DNA of 30,400 nt from the NCBI GenBank assembly GCA_016794735.1, contig JAEUJK010000195.1:1-30400 (forward strand). The letters are read 5' to 3'. The stretch comes from Gemmatimonadota bacterium. GTDB taxonomy: Bacteria; Gemmatimonadota; Gemmatimonadetes; Gemmatimonadales; Gemmatimonadaceae. The position numbers and the translations under genes are program-made. The notes beneath the pieces are model-generated. The model was given only the letters and a program-made list of their open reading frames with translations, was not told the DNA's origin and did not search any database. Below, in pieces: positions 1 through 8,607 of this stretch; the first letter of the stretch is position 1; the number at the start of each line of letters is the position of its first letter.

Positions 1-252
1 CAGGCGCGGCAGGTCCACATGGCCGTTCGCGTGCCGGTCGTTGAGGTCCCGCGGCCAAAGCAACGCGTCGGCGTGCAGGTCCACGACCGTCGCCGATGTG
101 TGCAAGGCCGCCGCCTCGGTCGAGACCGGCACTCCCGGTCCCGGGATGACGGTATTCATCCGGCGATCGACGATGGGGGCCACGGCGGTGACGAACACCC
201 CGACCGCAACTCCAACGATGGCAAGCGTGATGACCAGTGGTCGTCGTTTCAT
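1..252 (-). CDS. Membrane dipeptidase, peptidase M19 family (5' part only; runs off the window edge)
   Basis: Not in the ORF track; translated by hand from ATG 252: MKRRPLVITLAIVGVAVGVFVTAVAPIVDRRMNTVIPGPGVPVSTEAAALHTSATVVDLHADALLWPRDLNDRHANGHVDLPRL. It has an N-terminal hydrophobic anchor, a DLHAD metal-ligand motif and GHVDLPRL, typical of renal-dipeptidase-like proteins. ATGA overlap with the xerD stop. Confidence 0.8.
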   Translation of the reverse strand, partial: MKRRPLVITLAIVGVAVGVFVTAVAPIVDRRMNTVIPGPGVPVSTEAAALHTSATVVDLHADALLWPRDLNDRHANGHVDLPRL

Positions 253-1175
253 CCGCGGGGATGGTGCTGGCGGTGGACCGCGTGGAGGTAGTCCCGATCC
301 AGGTGCGTGTAGATCTGCGTGGTGGAGATGTCGGCATGACCAAGCATCTCCTGCACCGCGCGCAGGTCCGCCCCACCCTCGAGCAGGTGGGTGGCGAACG
401 AGTGTCGCAGGGTGTGCGGCGAGACGTGTTTGGTGATGCCCGCGCGCTTGACCCAGGTGCGCAACACCTGCCACGCGCCCATGCGACTCAGCGGTGTTCC
501 GCGCGCATTGAGGAAGAGCCGCCCCTTCCCGCTGCCGCGGTCGAGGCGCGGCCGCCCCTCACGCAAGTAAATCGACACCGCCGTGATCGCGCCGCGGCCG
601 ATCGGCACGAGGCGCTCCTTTCCTCCCTTCCCGAACACCCGCACGACGCCCTCGACGAAGTCCACGTCCTTCACCTCGACGCCAATCCACTCGGAGACGC
701 GGAGGCCGGCGCTGTAGGCCAGCTCGAGCATGGCCCGATCGCGAAAGAAGAACGGGTGCGCCTGGTCTCCCCCGTCGAGCAACTTCTCGACCTCGGTGGC
801 ACTCAACACGTCCGGGAGTTCGCGGGTGCGGCGCGGCACCTCGAGTCGGTCGCTGGGATCGGTGCGGATGATCCCCTCGGACAGCAGGAACCGGCACCAC
901 GTGCGCACGCCCGCGATGGTCCGCCGGATGGAGGGTGACGACAGCCCGCTGTCCTTGAGGTGCCAGGTGAACTCGCGCAGCAGCGTGTGGTCGACGGCGG
1001 AGGGCGTCGCCACGCCGCGTCCCCTGCAGAAGGTCACCAGGCGGGCGACGTCGCGTCCGTACGCCTCGCGGGTACGCGGGGACGCCCCCTCCTCCAGCGA
1101 GAGGAAGTCATCGAAGCGCTCGAGCGCGAAGGCCCGGGCCCACTCGTCAGGCAGGGTGTTACGACGCTGGGGCAT
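249..1175 (-). CDS. xerD: Site-specific tyrosine recombinase XerD
   Basis: 308 aa with an intact catalytic set: RDRAMLELAYSAGLRVSE (R), VFGKGGKER (K), SPHTLRHSFATHLL (HxxR), LGHADISTTQIYTH (H, Y). The xerD rather than xerC call rests on overall resemblance. Confidence 0.88.
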   Translation of the reverse strand: MPQRRNTLPDEWARAFALERFDDFLSLEEGASPRTREAYGRDVARLVTFCRGRGVATPSAVDHTLLREFTWHLKDSGLSSPSIRRTIAGVRTWCRFLLSEGIIRTDPSDRLEVPRRTRELPDVLSATEVEKLLDGGDQAHPFFFRDRAMLELAYSAGLRVSEWIGVEVKDVDFVEGVVRVFGKGGKERLVPIGRGAITAVSIYLREGRPRLDRGSGKGRLFLNARGTPLSRMGAWQVLRTWVKRAGITKHVSPHTLRHSFATHLLEGGADLRAVQEMLGHADISTTQIYTHLDRDYLHAVHRQHHPRG

Positions 1176-1782
1176 GGGCGCGGCGACGCCTCCACCAGAC
1201 GAGGGCTACCACCACCGCGACGGCCACCGCCCCGCCGGCCGACCACGAGCCGAGCCGGCCGATGGCGGCCCGCAGCCCTTCCCAATTGGCACCCGCCCGG
1301 AACGCCAGCCAGGTGATCGCGCCGTACCACATGCCGCTGGCCAGGCCCATGGCGCCGAGTACCCCAAACGGTGGAATGCGCAACGCGCCCGCGATCGGCG
1401 GGACGACGGCGCGCACGCCCGGGATGAACCGCGTGAAGAAGAAGGCGACGGTCCCATAGCGGCGGTGCCAGTCGAGGACCCGCGCGTCAGCCCCGCCGGT
1501 CCGGTCGAGGTGGTACCGCTGCTCGACGCGCGCCGCCCCGAACCGCCTGCCCAGCATGTACATGAACCAGGCGCCGAGCATGTTGCCCCCCCACACGGCG
1601 AGGAAGGCGGGCCACGCCGGTTGCTGCGCCCGGGCGGCGAGGAATCCCCCAAAGGCGACCAGGACGTCGGCCGGGATCGGTGGAAAGAGGTTCTCCACCG
1701 CCGCCAGCGCGGCCATCAGGGCGAGGAGCGCTCCGGTCGGGAGGGTCGCAAGCCAGGCCAGCGCGGCATCGAGCGATTCCAT
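1159..1782 (-). CDS. DedA family membrane protein
   Basis: 207 aa hydrophobic protein with ENLFPPIPADVLVAFGG and FFTRFIPGVR motifs characteristic of DedA/SNARE-associated proteins. Overlaps the xerD start by 17 bp. Confidence 0.88.
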   Translation of the reverse strand: MESLDAALAWLATLPTGALLALMAALAAVENLFPPIPADVLVAFGGFLAARAQQPAWPAFLAVWGGNMLGAWFMYMLGRRFGAARVEQRYHLDRTGGADARVLDWHRRYGTVAFFFTRFIPGVRAVVPPIAGALRIPPFGVLGAMGLASGMWYGAITWLAFRAGANWEGLRAAIGRLGSWSAGGAVAVAVVVALVWWRRRRAHAPAS

Positions 1783-1783
1783 C

Positions 1784-2269
1784 TCACGGGATCAGCGTCG
1801 CGGTCGCGATACACGCGAGTCCCTCGCCGCGACCGACCCAGCCCATCCCCTCGTTGGTCTTGGCCTTCACGTTCACGTGCCCCGCCGGGATGCCTAACGC
1901 GCCGGCGACGCGCGCGGCGATCGCATCGCGGTGCGGCCCGATCTTCGGCGACTCGGCGATCACCGTCACGTCGACATGGTCCACCCGCAGCCGTTGCTCG
2001 TGCCGCACGCGGTGCACCGCCTGCTCGAGCATGTCGATGGAGTCGCGCCCCTTGTTGGCCGCGTCGGTATCCGGGAACATCGACCCAATGTCGCCAAGGC
2101 ACGCCGCACCCAGGATGGCGTCGGTGATGGCATGGCAGATCGCGTCGGCATCGGAATGCCCCACGAGGTGCCGTTCACTCGGGATTTCCACGCCACCCAG
2201 GCGCAGGGGACCGCCCGCGGCAAATCGATGGGAGTCGTACCCGATGCCGGTGCGTGGATAGAGGGTCAT
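1784..2269 (-). CDS. ispF: 2-C-methyl-D-erythritol 2,4-cyclodiphosphate synthase
   Basis: RTGIGYDSHRF, GHSDADAICHAITDAILGA, GDIGSMFPDTD and VNVKAKTNEGMG motifs; 161 aa. Confidence 0.96.
   Translation of the reverse strand: MTLYPRTGIGYDSHRFAAGGPLRLGGVEIPSERHLVGHSDADAICHAITDAILGAACLGDIGSMFPDTDAANKGRDSIDMLEQAVHRVRHEQRLRVDHVDVTVIAESPKIGPHRDAIAARVAGALGIPAGHVNVKAKTNEGMGWVGRGEGLACIATATLIP
1892..1899 (-). repeat. Iterated octamer CGTTAGGC, copy 1 (inside ispF, GCG TTA GGC)
   Basis: Plus strand reads gcctaacg at 1892-1899. Confidence 0.7.
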
Positions 2270-2270
2270 G

Positions 2271-3308
2271 TCAGGCCGCCGCGGGGTGTTCGATGGGGAT
2301 GATCGAGTAGTCCTGCCGACGACGCGCGGGGGTGAACCCGGCGTCGCGGATGAGTCGTTCCAGCTCTTCCGTGGTCGTGCGGTGCGTGGTGTTGGCCGCG
2401 CTCACGACGTTCTCCTCGATCATGAGCGAGCCGAAGTCGTTGCAGCCAAACCGGAGCGCCAGCTGGCCGACCTTCATGCCCATGGTCACCCAGCTGCTCT
2501 GGAGGTTCGGCACGTTGTCGAGCACGATGCGCGAGATCGCGACCGTGCGGAGGTAGTCGGTCGACCCGGTCTTCTCCATGTGGGAGAACTCCGGCGTGTT
2601 CTCGGGCTGGAGGGGCCACGTGATGAAGGCGGTGAAGCCCCCGGTCCGCGCCTGCACGTCGCGCACCCGCTGCAGGTGCTCGATCCGTTCGGCCAGCGTC
2701 TCGCCGAGGCCGTACATCATCGTGACGGAGGTCTTCATCCCGGCCTGGTGCGCCAGCTCCATGATCTCGAGCCAGCGATCGGCCCCCGCCTTCTTGGGGG
2801 CGGCGATGTCGCGCACCCGCTGGACGAGGATCTCACCGCCGCCGCCGGGGATCGAGTCGAGTCCCGCCGCCTTGAGCTCGCGGATCACGTCGACCGCGTC
2901 CATCCGGAAGACCTGGGAGAAGAAGTCGACCTCGCTGGGGCTGAACCCGTGGATGTGGATCGGGTGGTTCCGCTTGATGTAGCGCAGCAGGTCGAGGTAC
3001 CACTCGAACGGGATGTACGGATTGTGCCCGCCCTGGATCAGGATCTGCACGCCGCCTAACGCCTTGGTCTCCTCGATCTTCTGGCCGATCTGCTCGAACG
3101 ACAGCGTGTACCCCTCGGTGTGCTTGGGGCGACGGTAGAAGGCGCAGAACCCGCAATCCGCCACACAGACGTTCGTGTAGTTGATGTTGCGGTCGACGAT
3201 GTAGGTGACGGTGTTGTGCGGGTGCTTCGCGGCGCGCACGCGGTCCGCCTCGAGACCGAGCTCGAGGAGCGGGGCGTTGGCGTAGAAGTCGAGCAGGTCG
3301 CGGTTCAT
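2271..3308 (-). CDS. mqnC: Cyclic dehypoxanthinyl futalosine synthase (radical SAM)
   Basis: NINYTNVCVADCGFCAFYR (CxxxCxxC), GGVQILIQGGHNP, DSIPGGGGEIL, QSSWVTMG and NDFGSLMIEENVVSAA; adjacent to mqnA and mqnE. Confidence 0.92.
   Translation of the reverse strand: MNRDLLDFYANAPLLELGLEADRVRAAKHPHNTVTYIVDRNINYTNVCVADCGFCAFYRRPKHTEGYTLSFEQIGQKIEETKALGGVQILIQGGHNPYIPFEWYLDLLRYIKRNHPIHIHGFSPSEVDFFSQVFRMDAVDVIRELKAAGLDSIPGGGGEILVQRVRDIAAPKKAGADRWLEIMELAHQAGMKTSVTMMYGLGETLAERIEHLQRVRDVQARTGGFTAFITWPLQPENTPEFSHMEKTGSTDYLRTVAISRIVLDNVPNLQSSWVTMGMKVGQLALRFGCNDFGSLMIEENVVSAANTTHRTTTEELERLIRDAGFTPARRRQDYSIIPIEHPAAA
3054..3061 (-). repeat. Iterated octamer CGTTAGGC, copy 2 (inside mqnC, GCG TTA GGC)
   Basis: Plus strand reads gcctaacg at 3054-3061. 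Confidence 0.7.
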
Positions 3309-3375
3309 GGGACGGGAAGCTCCGCGGAAGTCACGTCGAAAGGTAGTCGTTGTCGCGCTGGTGATGCCGACGCAT
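3305..3375 (-). other. Two chained putative mini-ORFs bridging mqnA and mqnC (3375-3331 MRRHHQRDNDYLST; 3334-3305 VTSAELPVP)
   Basis: TGATG overlap with the mqnA stop, GTGA overlap between the two mini-ORFs, and ATGA overlap with the mqnC start. No evidence that they are translated. Confidence 0.2.
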
Positions 3376-4211
3376 CACGCCGCGAGGAACTGCAACGTCG
3401 TCGAGGGCACCTTGCCGGCGGCGCTCAGGCGTCCGAAGAACTCCGACAGCCCGGCCAGGTACGGCAGGCCAAGGCCGTAGTCGAGTCCCTCGAAGTAGCG
3501 TCGGCATTCGCTCGCAGGGACGCCCGTCTGCGCGGCCGCCTGCTCGCTGAGCTCCTCCAGGTGCTGCAATCCCCAGTCACGGGAGGTGAGCAGGGCGGCA
3601 TGCGTGGTGAGCGCCTCGCGGGGTGGCGTGGTGCGCTGCGCGACCCAGACGGCAAAGACGAAGGGGTGACCGGTCCAGCGTCGCCACTCCTCGCCGAGGT
3701 CATAGACGTAAGGGTATGCCGGGCGTCCGTCAGCCCCGCCGCGCGATTGCAGCAGGAGGGCGGCGTCGCCGATCACGAGCCGCGCGTCGTGTTCGTCGCG
3801 GGCAAAGGCATCGAGGTCCGCCATCTCGGCATCGCCCGGGGAGAATTCGGGACGTGCCTTCCACACCTCGTCGAACAGCAGCTCGAGGAGCGCGACGCTG
3901 GTCATCGACGAACGGCTGAGCATCACGCGGCGGCCACCAAGCTCCGACGCCGGGCGACGCGAGAAGAGCATCACCGAACGCACCGGGCCGTTGCACGAGA
4001 TGGCGAGGTCCGGCAGCAGGAGGTATCGCGCCGCGTCCCGCGCGTACTCGACGGCGGACACCACCGAGATGTCGAGCTGGCCGGCGGCCATGCGGGCATT
4101 GAGCAGGCTCGGGATCCCGGTGACCAGCTCGCCCTCCAACGACACGATGCCGCGATCGATCGCCCCGTAGACCGGGAAGCAATTGATGTAGGGAATGCGG
4201 CCGACGCGCAC
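3375..4211 (-). CDS. mqnA: Chorismate dehydratase (futalosine pathway)
   Basis: GTG start; MRVGRIPYINCFP, GPVRSVMLFS, SSMTSVALL, ARLVIGDAAL and YDLGEEWRRWTGHPFVFAVW motifs. Confidence 0.92.
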   Translation of the reverse strand: MRVGRIPYINCFPVYGAIDRGIVSLEGELVTGIPSLLNARMAAGQLDISVVSAVEYARDAARYLLLPDLAISCNGPVRSVMLFSRRPASELGGRRVMLSRSSMTSVALLELLFDEVWKARPEFSPGDAEMADLDAFARDEHDARLVIGDAALLLQSRGGADGRPAYPYVYDLGEEWRRWTGHPFVFAVWVAQRTTPPREALTTHAALLTSRDWGLQHLEELSEQAAAQTGVPASECRRYFEGLDYGLGLPYLAGLSEFFGRLSAAGKVPSTTLQFLAA

Positions 4212-4214
4212 CGG

Positions 4215-5375
4215 TCAGTCCGCGGCGACCCGCGGGAGGTCGTCGTCGAAGTGGCGGATCACCTGGTAGAACGCATCGCGTTCGGCCGGGATGCGCTGGG
4301 CGCCGCGAATGAGCTTGAGGATCTCGGCGAGCGGCAGCCCCTGCGGCGTGGTGGCACCCACCGCGTGGTAGACCTTCTCGCGCACCACTGTGCCTTCCAT
4401 GTCGTTCACGCCAAAGGCGAGCGCGACCTGCGACAGGAACGGCGTGACCATGATCCAGTGCGACTTGATGTGCCGGAAGTTGTCGAGGAACAGGCGCCCC
4501 ACGGCGAGGACACGCAGGTCGTCGAACCCCGTCGTCGCCCTGCCCTCGCGTTGCAGCCGCTTGCCCAGCTCGTTGTCGTCCGGATGGTACGCCAGCGGGA
4601 TGAACGCCAGGTAGCCGCCCGTCTCGTCCTGCAGGTCGCGCAGCATGGACAGGTGGGCGACGCGATCCTCCATCGTCTCGACGTGCCCGTACAGCATCGT
4701 GCAGTTGGAGCGGATGCCCAGCTCGTGTGCGGCGCGATGGACGGCGATGTAGTCGGCGCCGCCGAGCTTGCGGTCGGCGATCTGTTCGCGCACGGCCGCG
4801 CTGAACGTCTCGGCGCCGCCCCCGGGCATCGTATCGAGCCCGGCCTCACGCAACGCCGTGAGCACTTCCTTCCACGACAACTTCTCGATGCGCGCGAGGT
4901 GCGCGATCTCCACCGCCGTGAGGGCCTTGATGTGCACGTGCGGGAACTCGCGCTTGAGCGCGCGGAACATCGTCGTGTAGTACTCCAGCCCCGCCTGCAT
5001 GTCGAGGCCGCCCACGATGTGGAACTCGCGCGTCAGCCCGGTGCGCGCAGGCTCCGCCTCGGCGAGGACCTGGTCCAGCGTGTACCGATAGGCGCCGTCT
5101 TCCTTGGGCAACCGGGCGTAGCCGCAGAAGACGCAGGTCTTCCGCAGCACGCAGATGTTCGTGGGGTTGATGTGCTGGTTGGCCGCGAAGGTGACCACGC
5201 GGCCGTTCTTCGCCTGGTTGACGGCGTCCGCGAGGTGTCCGAGGCCCAGCAGGTCCGGCGTCCGGAACAGCGCCAGGGCGTCCGCGGTGTCGAGCCGCGT
5301 GCCCTGCGCCACCTTCTCGGCGATCGGGAGGAGGCTCGCGTCCCGGATGCGGTCGACATCCACCGCCGGTTTCAC
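4215..5375 (-). CDS. mqnE: Aminofutalosine synthase (radical SAM)
   Basis: HINPTNIC, REFHIVGG, HIKALTAVEI, MPGGGAE, SNCTMLYGH and HIKSHWIM motifs. Start placed at GTG 5375, just after the fabF stop; the ORF-track start at 5429 lies inside fabF. The Cys motif is Cx5Cx2C. Confidence 0.88.
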   Translation of the reverse strand: MKPAVDVDRIRDASLLPIAEKVAQGTRLDTADALALFRTPDLLGLGHLADAVNQAKNGRVVTFAANQHINPTNICVLRKTCVFCGYARLPKEDGAYRYTLDQVLAEAEPARTGLTREFHIVGGLDMQAGLEYYTTMFRALKREFPHVHIKALTAVEIAHLARIEKLSWKEVLTALREAGLDTMPGGGAETFSAAVREQIADRKLGGADYIAVHRAAHELGIRSNCTMLYGHVETMEDRVAHLSMLRDLQDETGGYLAFIPLAYHPDDNELGKRLQREGRATTGFDDLRVLAVGRLFLDNFRHIKSHWIMVTPFLSQVALAFGVNDMEGTVVREKVYHAVGATTPQGLPLAEILKLIRGAQRIPAERDAFYQVIRHFDDDLPRVAAD

Positions 5376-5382
5376 GGGCGCC

Positions 5383-6627
5383 TCAGGCGACAAACTGGCG
5401 AATGACGAGCGACACGTTGTGCCCGCCAAAGCCGGCGCTGTTCGACAACGCCGCCCGGATCACCCGCGACTTCGGCGTGTTGGGCGTGAAGTCGAGCGGA
5501 CCGCAGTCCGGATCGGGCGTCGCGTAGTTGATCGTCGGCGGCACCACCTGGTCGCGCAGCGCGAGGATGCAGGCGATGGCCTCGATGGCGCCGGCCGCCC
5601 CCAGCATGTGCCCCGTCGCCGACTTGGTGGACGACACGCTGAGCCGCGCCGCGTCATCACCGAACACCCGCATGATCGCCTTCGCCTCATTCGGGTCGTT
5701 CATCGGCGTCGACGTGCCGTGGGCATTCACGTAGTCGATGTCGGCCGTGGTGAGGCCCGCGTCCTTGAGCGCGCGCCGCATCGACCGCTGGAGTCCCTCG
5801 TGTTCCTCCGGCTGGCCGGTGAGGTGGTACGCGTCGCCAGTGGCGCCGTAGCCCACGACCTCGCCGTAGATGCGCGCGCCGCGCGCCTGCGCATGCTCCA
5901 GCGCCTCGAGGATGAGGATCCCTGCCCCTTCACCCATCACGAACCCGTCCCGGTCCTTGTCGAATGGACGCGAGGCACGGGCGGGATCGTCGTTGCGTTC
6001 CGACAGCGCCTTCATGTTCGCGAAGCCGCCGATCGCCATCGGCGTGACCGAGGCTTCCGCGCCACCACAGACCATCACGTCCGCGTCGCCGTACTGGATC
6101 GTGCGCATCGCGTCGCCGATGGCGTGCGCGCTCGTCGAGCAGGCGGAGATGGTGGCGTAATTTGGTCCCTTGGCCCCCACGCGCATCGACACCACGCCCG
6201 ACGCGATGTCCGCGATGAAGGTGGGGATGAAGAACGGGGAAATCTTGGACGGGCCCAGCTCGCGATAGACGTCGTGCTGTTCCTCGAAGCTCTTCAGGCC
6301 ACCTACGCCCGATCCGACGATGACGCCCGTCATCTCGGGGTCGAAGGAGCCGGCGCTGAGGCCGGCGTCGGCCATGGCCTGGAGCGACGCCGCGACCGCG
6401 TACTGCGTGTACGCGTCGGAGCGCTTGGCCTCCTTGCGGTCCATGTACTGCAGCGGATCGAATCCCTTCACCTCGCACGCGAAGCGCACCGGGAACCGGG
6501 CGGCGTCGAACTTGGTGATCGGTCCGCCGCCCGAGGCTCCGTCCAGCAGGGCGCGCCACGTCGACGCCACGTCGAGTCCCACCGACGTGACGGCTCCGAG
6601 GCCCGTAATGACGACGCGGCGCTTCAT
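5383..6627 (-). CDS. fabF: 3-oxoacyl-ACP synthase II
   Basis: MKRRVVITGLG; catalytic C-H-H triad in SACSTSAHA, NAHGTST and GHMLGAAG. Confidence 0.97.
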   Translation of the reverse strand: MKRRVVITGLGAVTSVGLDVASTWRALLDGASGGGPITKFDAARFPVRFACEVKGFDPLQYMDRKEAKRSDAYTQYAVAASLQAMADAGLSAGSFDPEMTGVIVGSGVGGLKSFEEQHDVYRELGPSKISPFFIPTFIADIASGVVSMRVGAKGPNYATISACSTSAHAIGDAMRTIQYGDADVMVCGGAEASVTPMAIGGFANMKALSERNDDPARASRPFDKDRDGFVMGEGAGILILEALEHAQARGARIYGEVVGYGATGDAYHLTGQPEEHEGLQRSMRRALKDAGLTTADIDYVNAHGTSTPMNDPNEAKAIMRVFGDDAARLSVSSTKSATGHMLGAAGAIEAIACILALRDQVVPPTINYATPDPDCGPLDFTPNTPKSRVIRAALSNSAGFGGHNVSLVIRQFVA

Positions 6628-6628
6628 C

Positions 6629-6871
6629 TTAGGCGGACGGCCCCTTCTCCTTGAGGTACTTCAACGCATCGCCCACGGTGCGGAGTTTCTCCGCGTCTTC
6701 GTCCGGGATGTCGATGTTGAACTGCTTCTCGAACTCCATGACCAGTTCGACGATGTCGAGGCTGTCAGCGCCAAGGTCTTCGATGAAGCTGGCCTCGTCC
6801 GTGAGCTTCTCGCGCTCGACGCCCAGCTCCTTTTCGATGATGTCCTTGACCTTCTCGCTCATGTCCGCCAT
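6629..6871 (-). CDS. acpP: Acyl carrier protein
   Basis: [13 protein letters not shown] phosphopantetheine site. Start placed at ATG 6871, which has an upstream GGAG Shine-Dalgarno and gives 80 aa; the ORF-track extension to 6991 overlaps fabG. Confidence 0.96.
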   Translation of the reverse strand: MADMSEKVKDIIEKELGVEREKLTDEASFIEDLGADSLDIVELVMEFEKQFNIDIPDEDAEKLRTVGDALKYLKEKGPSA

Positions 6872-6924
6872 GTCGTGCTCCGTTGGGGCAAAGGGGTGGT
6901 TCGAAGATAATGGAATATCGCGAC

Positions 6925-7662
6925 TTACATCACCATGCCGCCGTCCACCACCAGGACCTGACCGGTGATGTAGGACGCCAGGTCTGAACACAGGAACAAC
7001 ACCATCCCGCCGATGTCTTCGGGGCTGCCGAGCCGCTCCAGCGGGATCTGCGATTGGAGGGCCGCGCGCGCCTCGGGGGTGAGCTTGGCGGTCATGTCGG
7101 TTTCGATGAAGCCGGGAGCAATCGCGTTCACCAGGATCCCCCGGCTCGCGAACTCCTTGGCCACCGACTTGGTGAGGCCGATCAGGCCCGCCTTCGACGC
7201 CGCATAGTTGGTCTGGCCCTTGTTCCCGATCAGCCCGACCACGCTCGTGATGTTGATGATCCGGCCCGACCGCCGCTTCATCATGCCGCGCGTCGCCGTG
7301 CGGATGGCCACGAAGGCAGAGCGAAGGTTGGCATCGATGACGGCATTCCAGTCATCGTCCTTGAGCCGGAGCATGATGTTGTCACGCGTCAGTCCGGCGT
7401 TGTTCACCAGGATGTCAATCGACCCGAGCTGTCGCTCGGCATCTTCCACCAGCGCAACAACTTGGGCCGGGTCGCTCACGTCGCATCCGAAGCCGATCGC
7501 GCCGCCACCCACCTCGGCGGCGACCTCGGCGGCGCGCGCCGCATCGCGGCCAACGATCCCCACGCGCGCACCACTCGCGGCGAGCATGGTGGCGATCACC
7601 CGGCCGATCCCTCGCGTGCTCCCGGTGACCAGCGCGTTCTTTCCCGTCAGGTCGATGTTCAT
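6925..7662 (-). CDS. fabG: 3-oxoacyl-ACP reductase
   Basis: [14 protein letters not shown] and YAASKAG short-chain dehydrogenase motifs. Start ATG 7662 has an ATGA overlap with the fabD stop. Confidence 0.96.
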   Translation of the reverse strand: MNIDLTGKNALVTGSTRGIGRVIATMLAASGARVGIVGRDAARAAEVAAEVGGGAIGFGCDVSDPAQVVALVEDAERQLGSIDILVNNAGLTRDNIMLRLKDDDWNAVIDANLRSAFVAIRTATRGMMKRRSGRIINITSVVGLIGNKGQTNYAASKAGLIGLTKSVAKEFASRGILVNAIAPGFIETDMTAKLTPEARAALQSQIPLERLGSPEDIGGMVLFLCSDLASYITGQVLVVDGGMVM

Positions 7663-8606
7663 GCGAACCTCTCGAGCAAGGCGTTCACCTCGGCGGAGGT
7701 CCCGCACGTCGCGGTGGCAACACCGGGCGCAATCTTCTTCACGAGCCCCGTCAGCACGGCCCCCGGTCCCATCTCGACGAAGAGCGCATCGGGGAACCGC
7801 TCGGCCAGCGCCGTGACAACCTGCGTCCAGCGCACCGGTGATGTGAGCTGTTCGACGAGCAGGGACCGGCCCACGCTCGGATCAGTGACCATCGTGGCCG
7901 ACACGTTCACACACACGGGCACCCGTGGCGCCGCGAAGGTGACCGCTTCCAGGGCCGCCGCCAAACCGGCTGACGCCGGCGCCATGAGCGGCGAATGGAA
8001 CGCCCCGCTCACCGGGAGTTCGACCGCGCGCTTGGCGCCGGCCGCCTTGAGCAGCTCGATGGCCTTGCGCACGCCGGCCACTTCCCCGGAGATCACCACC
8101 TGCCCGGGCGAGTTGTAGTTCGCCGCCACCACGAGGCCGCCCTCGGGATCGGACGAGGCGCGTGCGCAGATCTGGTCGATCGGCTCGGACGGATCACCCA
8201 GGATCGCCGCCATCGCGCCAGGGCGCTCGACGCCTGTGGCGTACATCAGTTCGCCACGCCGCCTGACGAGTCGCACCGCGTCCTCGAGGGACAGCGATCC
8301 GGCCGCATGCCACGCCGTGAATTCGCCGAGCGAATGCCCGGCGGTCGCGACGAGGTGTGGTGCGATGGCGCCCGACACCGCGGCCCACACGGCCGCACCA
8401 TGCGTGAGCAGCGCCGGTTGGGCGTTGTGCGTGAGGGTGAGGGTGTCCGCCGGCCCCTCGAAGCAGAGGGTCGAGAGGGCTTCGCCGAGTGCGGCGTCGG
8501 CCCGCTCGAAGATGCTGCGCGCCATCGCCGAACCCTCGGCGAGGTCCTTGCCCATCCCAGGCTTTTGCGACCCCTGGCCGGGGAACAGCGCCACGACCGG
8601 CGGCAT
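7659..8606 (-). CDS. fabD: Malonyl-CoA:ACP transacylase
   Basis: FPGQGSQ, GHSLGEF, ANYNSPGQVVISG and VSGAFHSPLM motifs. Confidence 0.96.
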   Translation of the reverse strand: MPPVVALFPGQGSQKPGMGKDLAEGSAMARSIFERADAALGEALSTLCFEGPADTLTLTHNAQPALLTHGAAVWAAVSGAIAPHLVATAGHSLGEFTAWHAAGSLSLEDAVRLVRRRGELMYATGVERPGAMAAILGDPSEPIDQICARASSDPEGGLVVAANYNSPGQVVISGEVAGVRKAIELLKAAGAKRAVELPVSGAFHSPLMAPASAGLAAALEAVTFAAPRVPVCVNVSATMVTDPSVGRSLLVEQLTSPVRWTQVVTALAERFPDALFVEMGPGAVLTGLVKKIAPGVATATCGTSAEVNALLERFA

Positions 8607-8607
8607 G

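Noticed and set aside
249-1175. Tyrosine recombinase as a phage or integron integrase marking a mobile element
   Set aside because: It has XerD-like length and motifs and housekeeping neighbours. I saw no att sites, flanking repeats, tRNA or compositional shift.
6872-6924. AT-richer fabG-acpP spacer as an internal acpP promoter (TATCTT or CATTAT)
   Set aside because: No acceptable -35 at 16-18 nt spacing; it cannot be supported from sequence alone.
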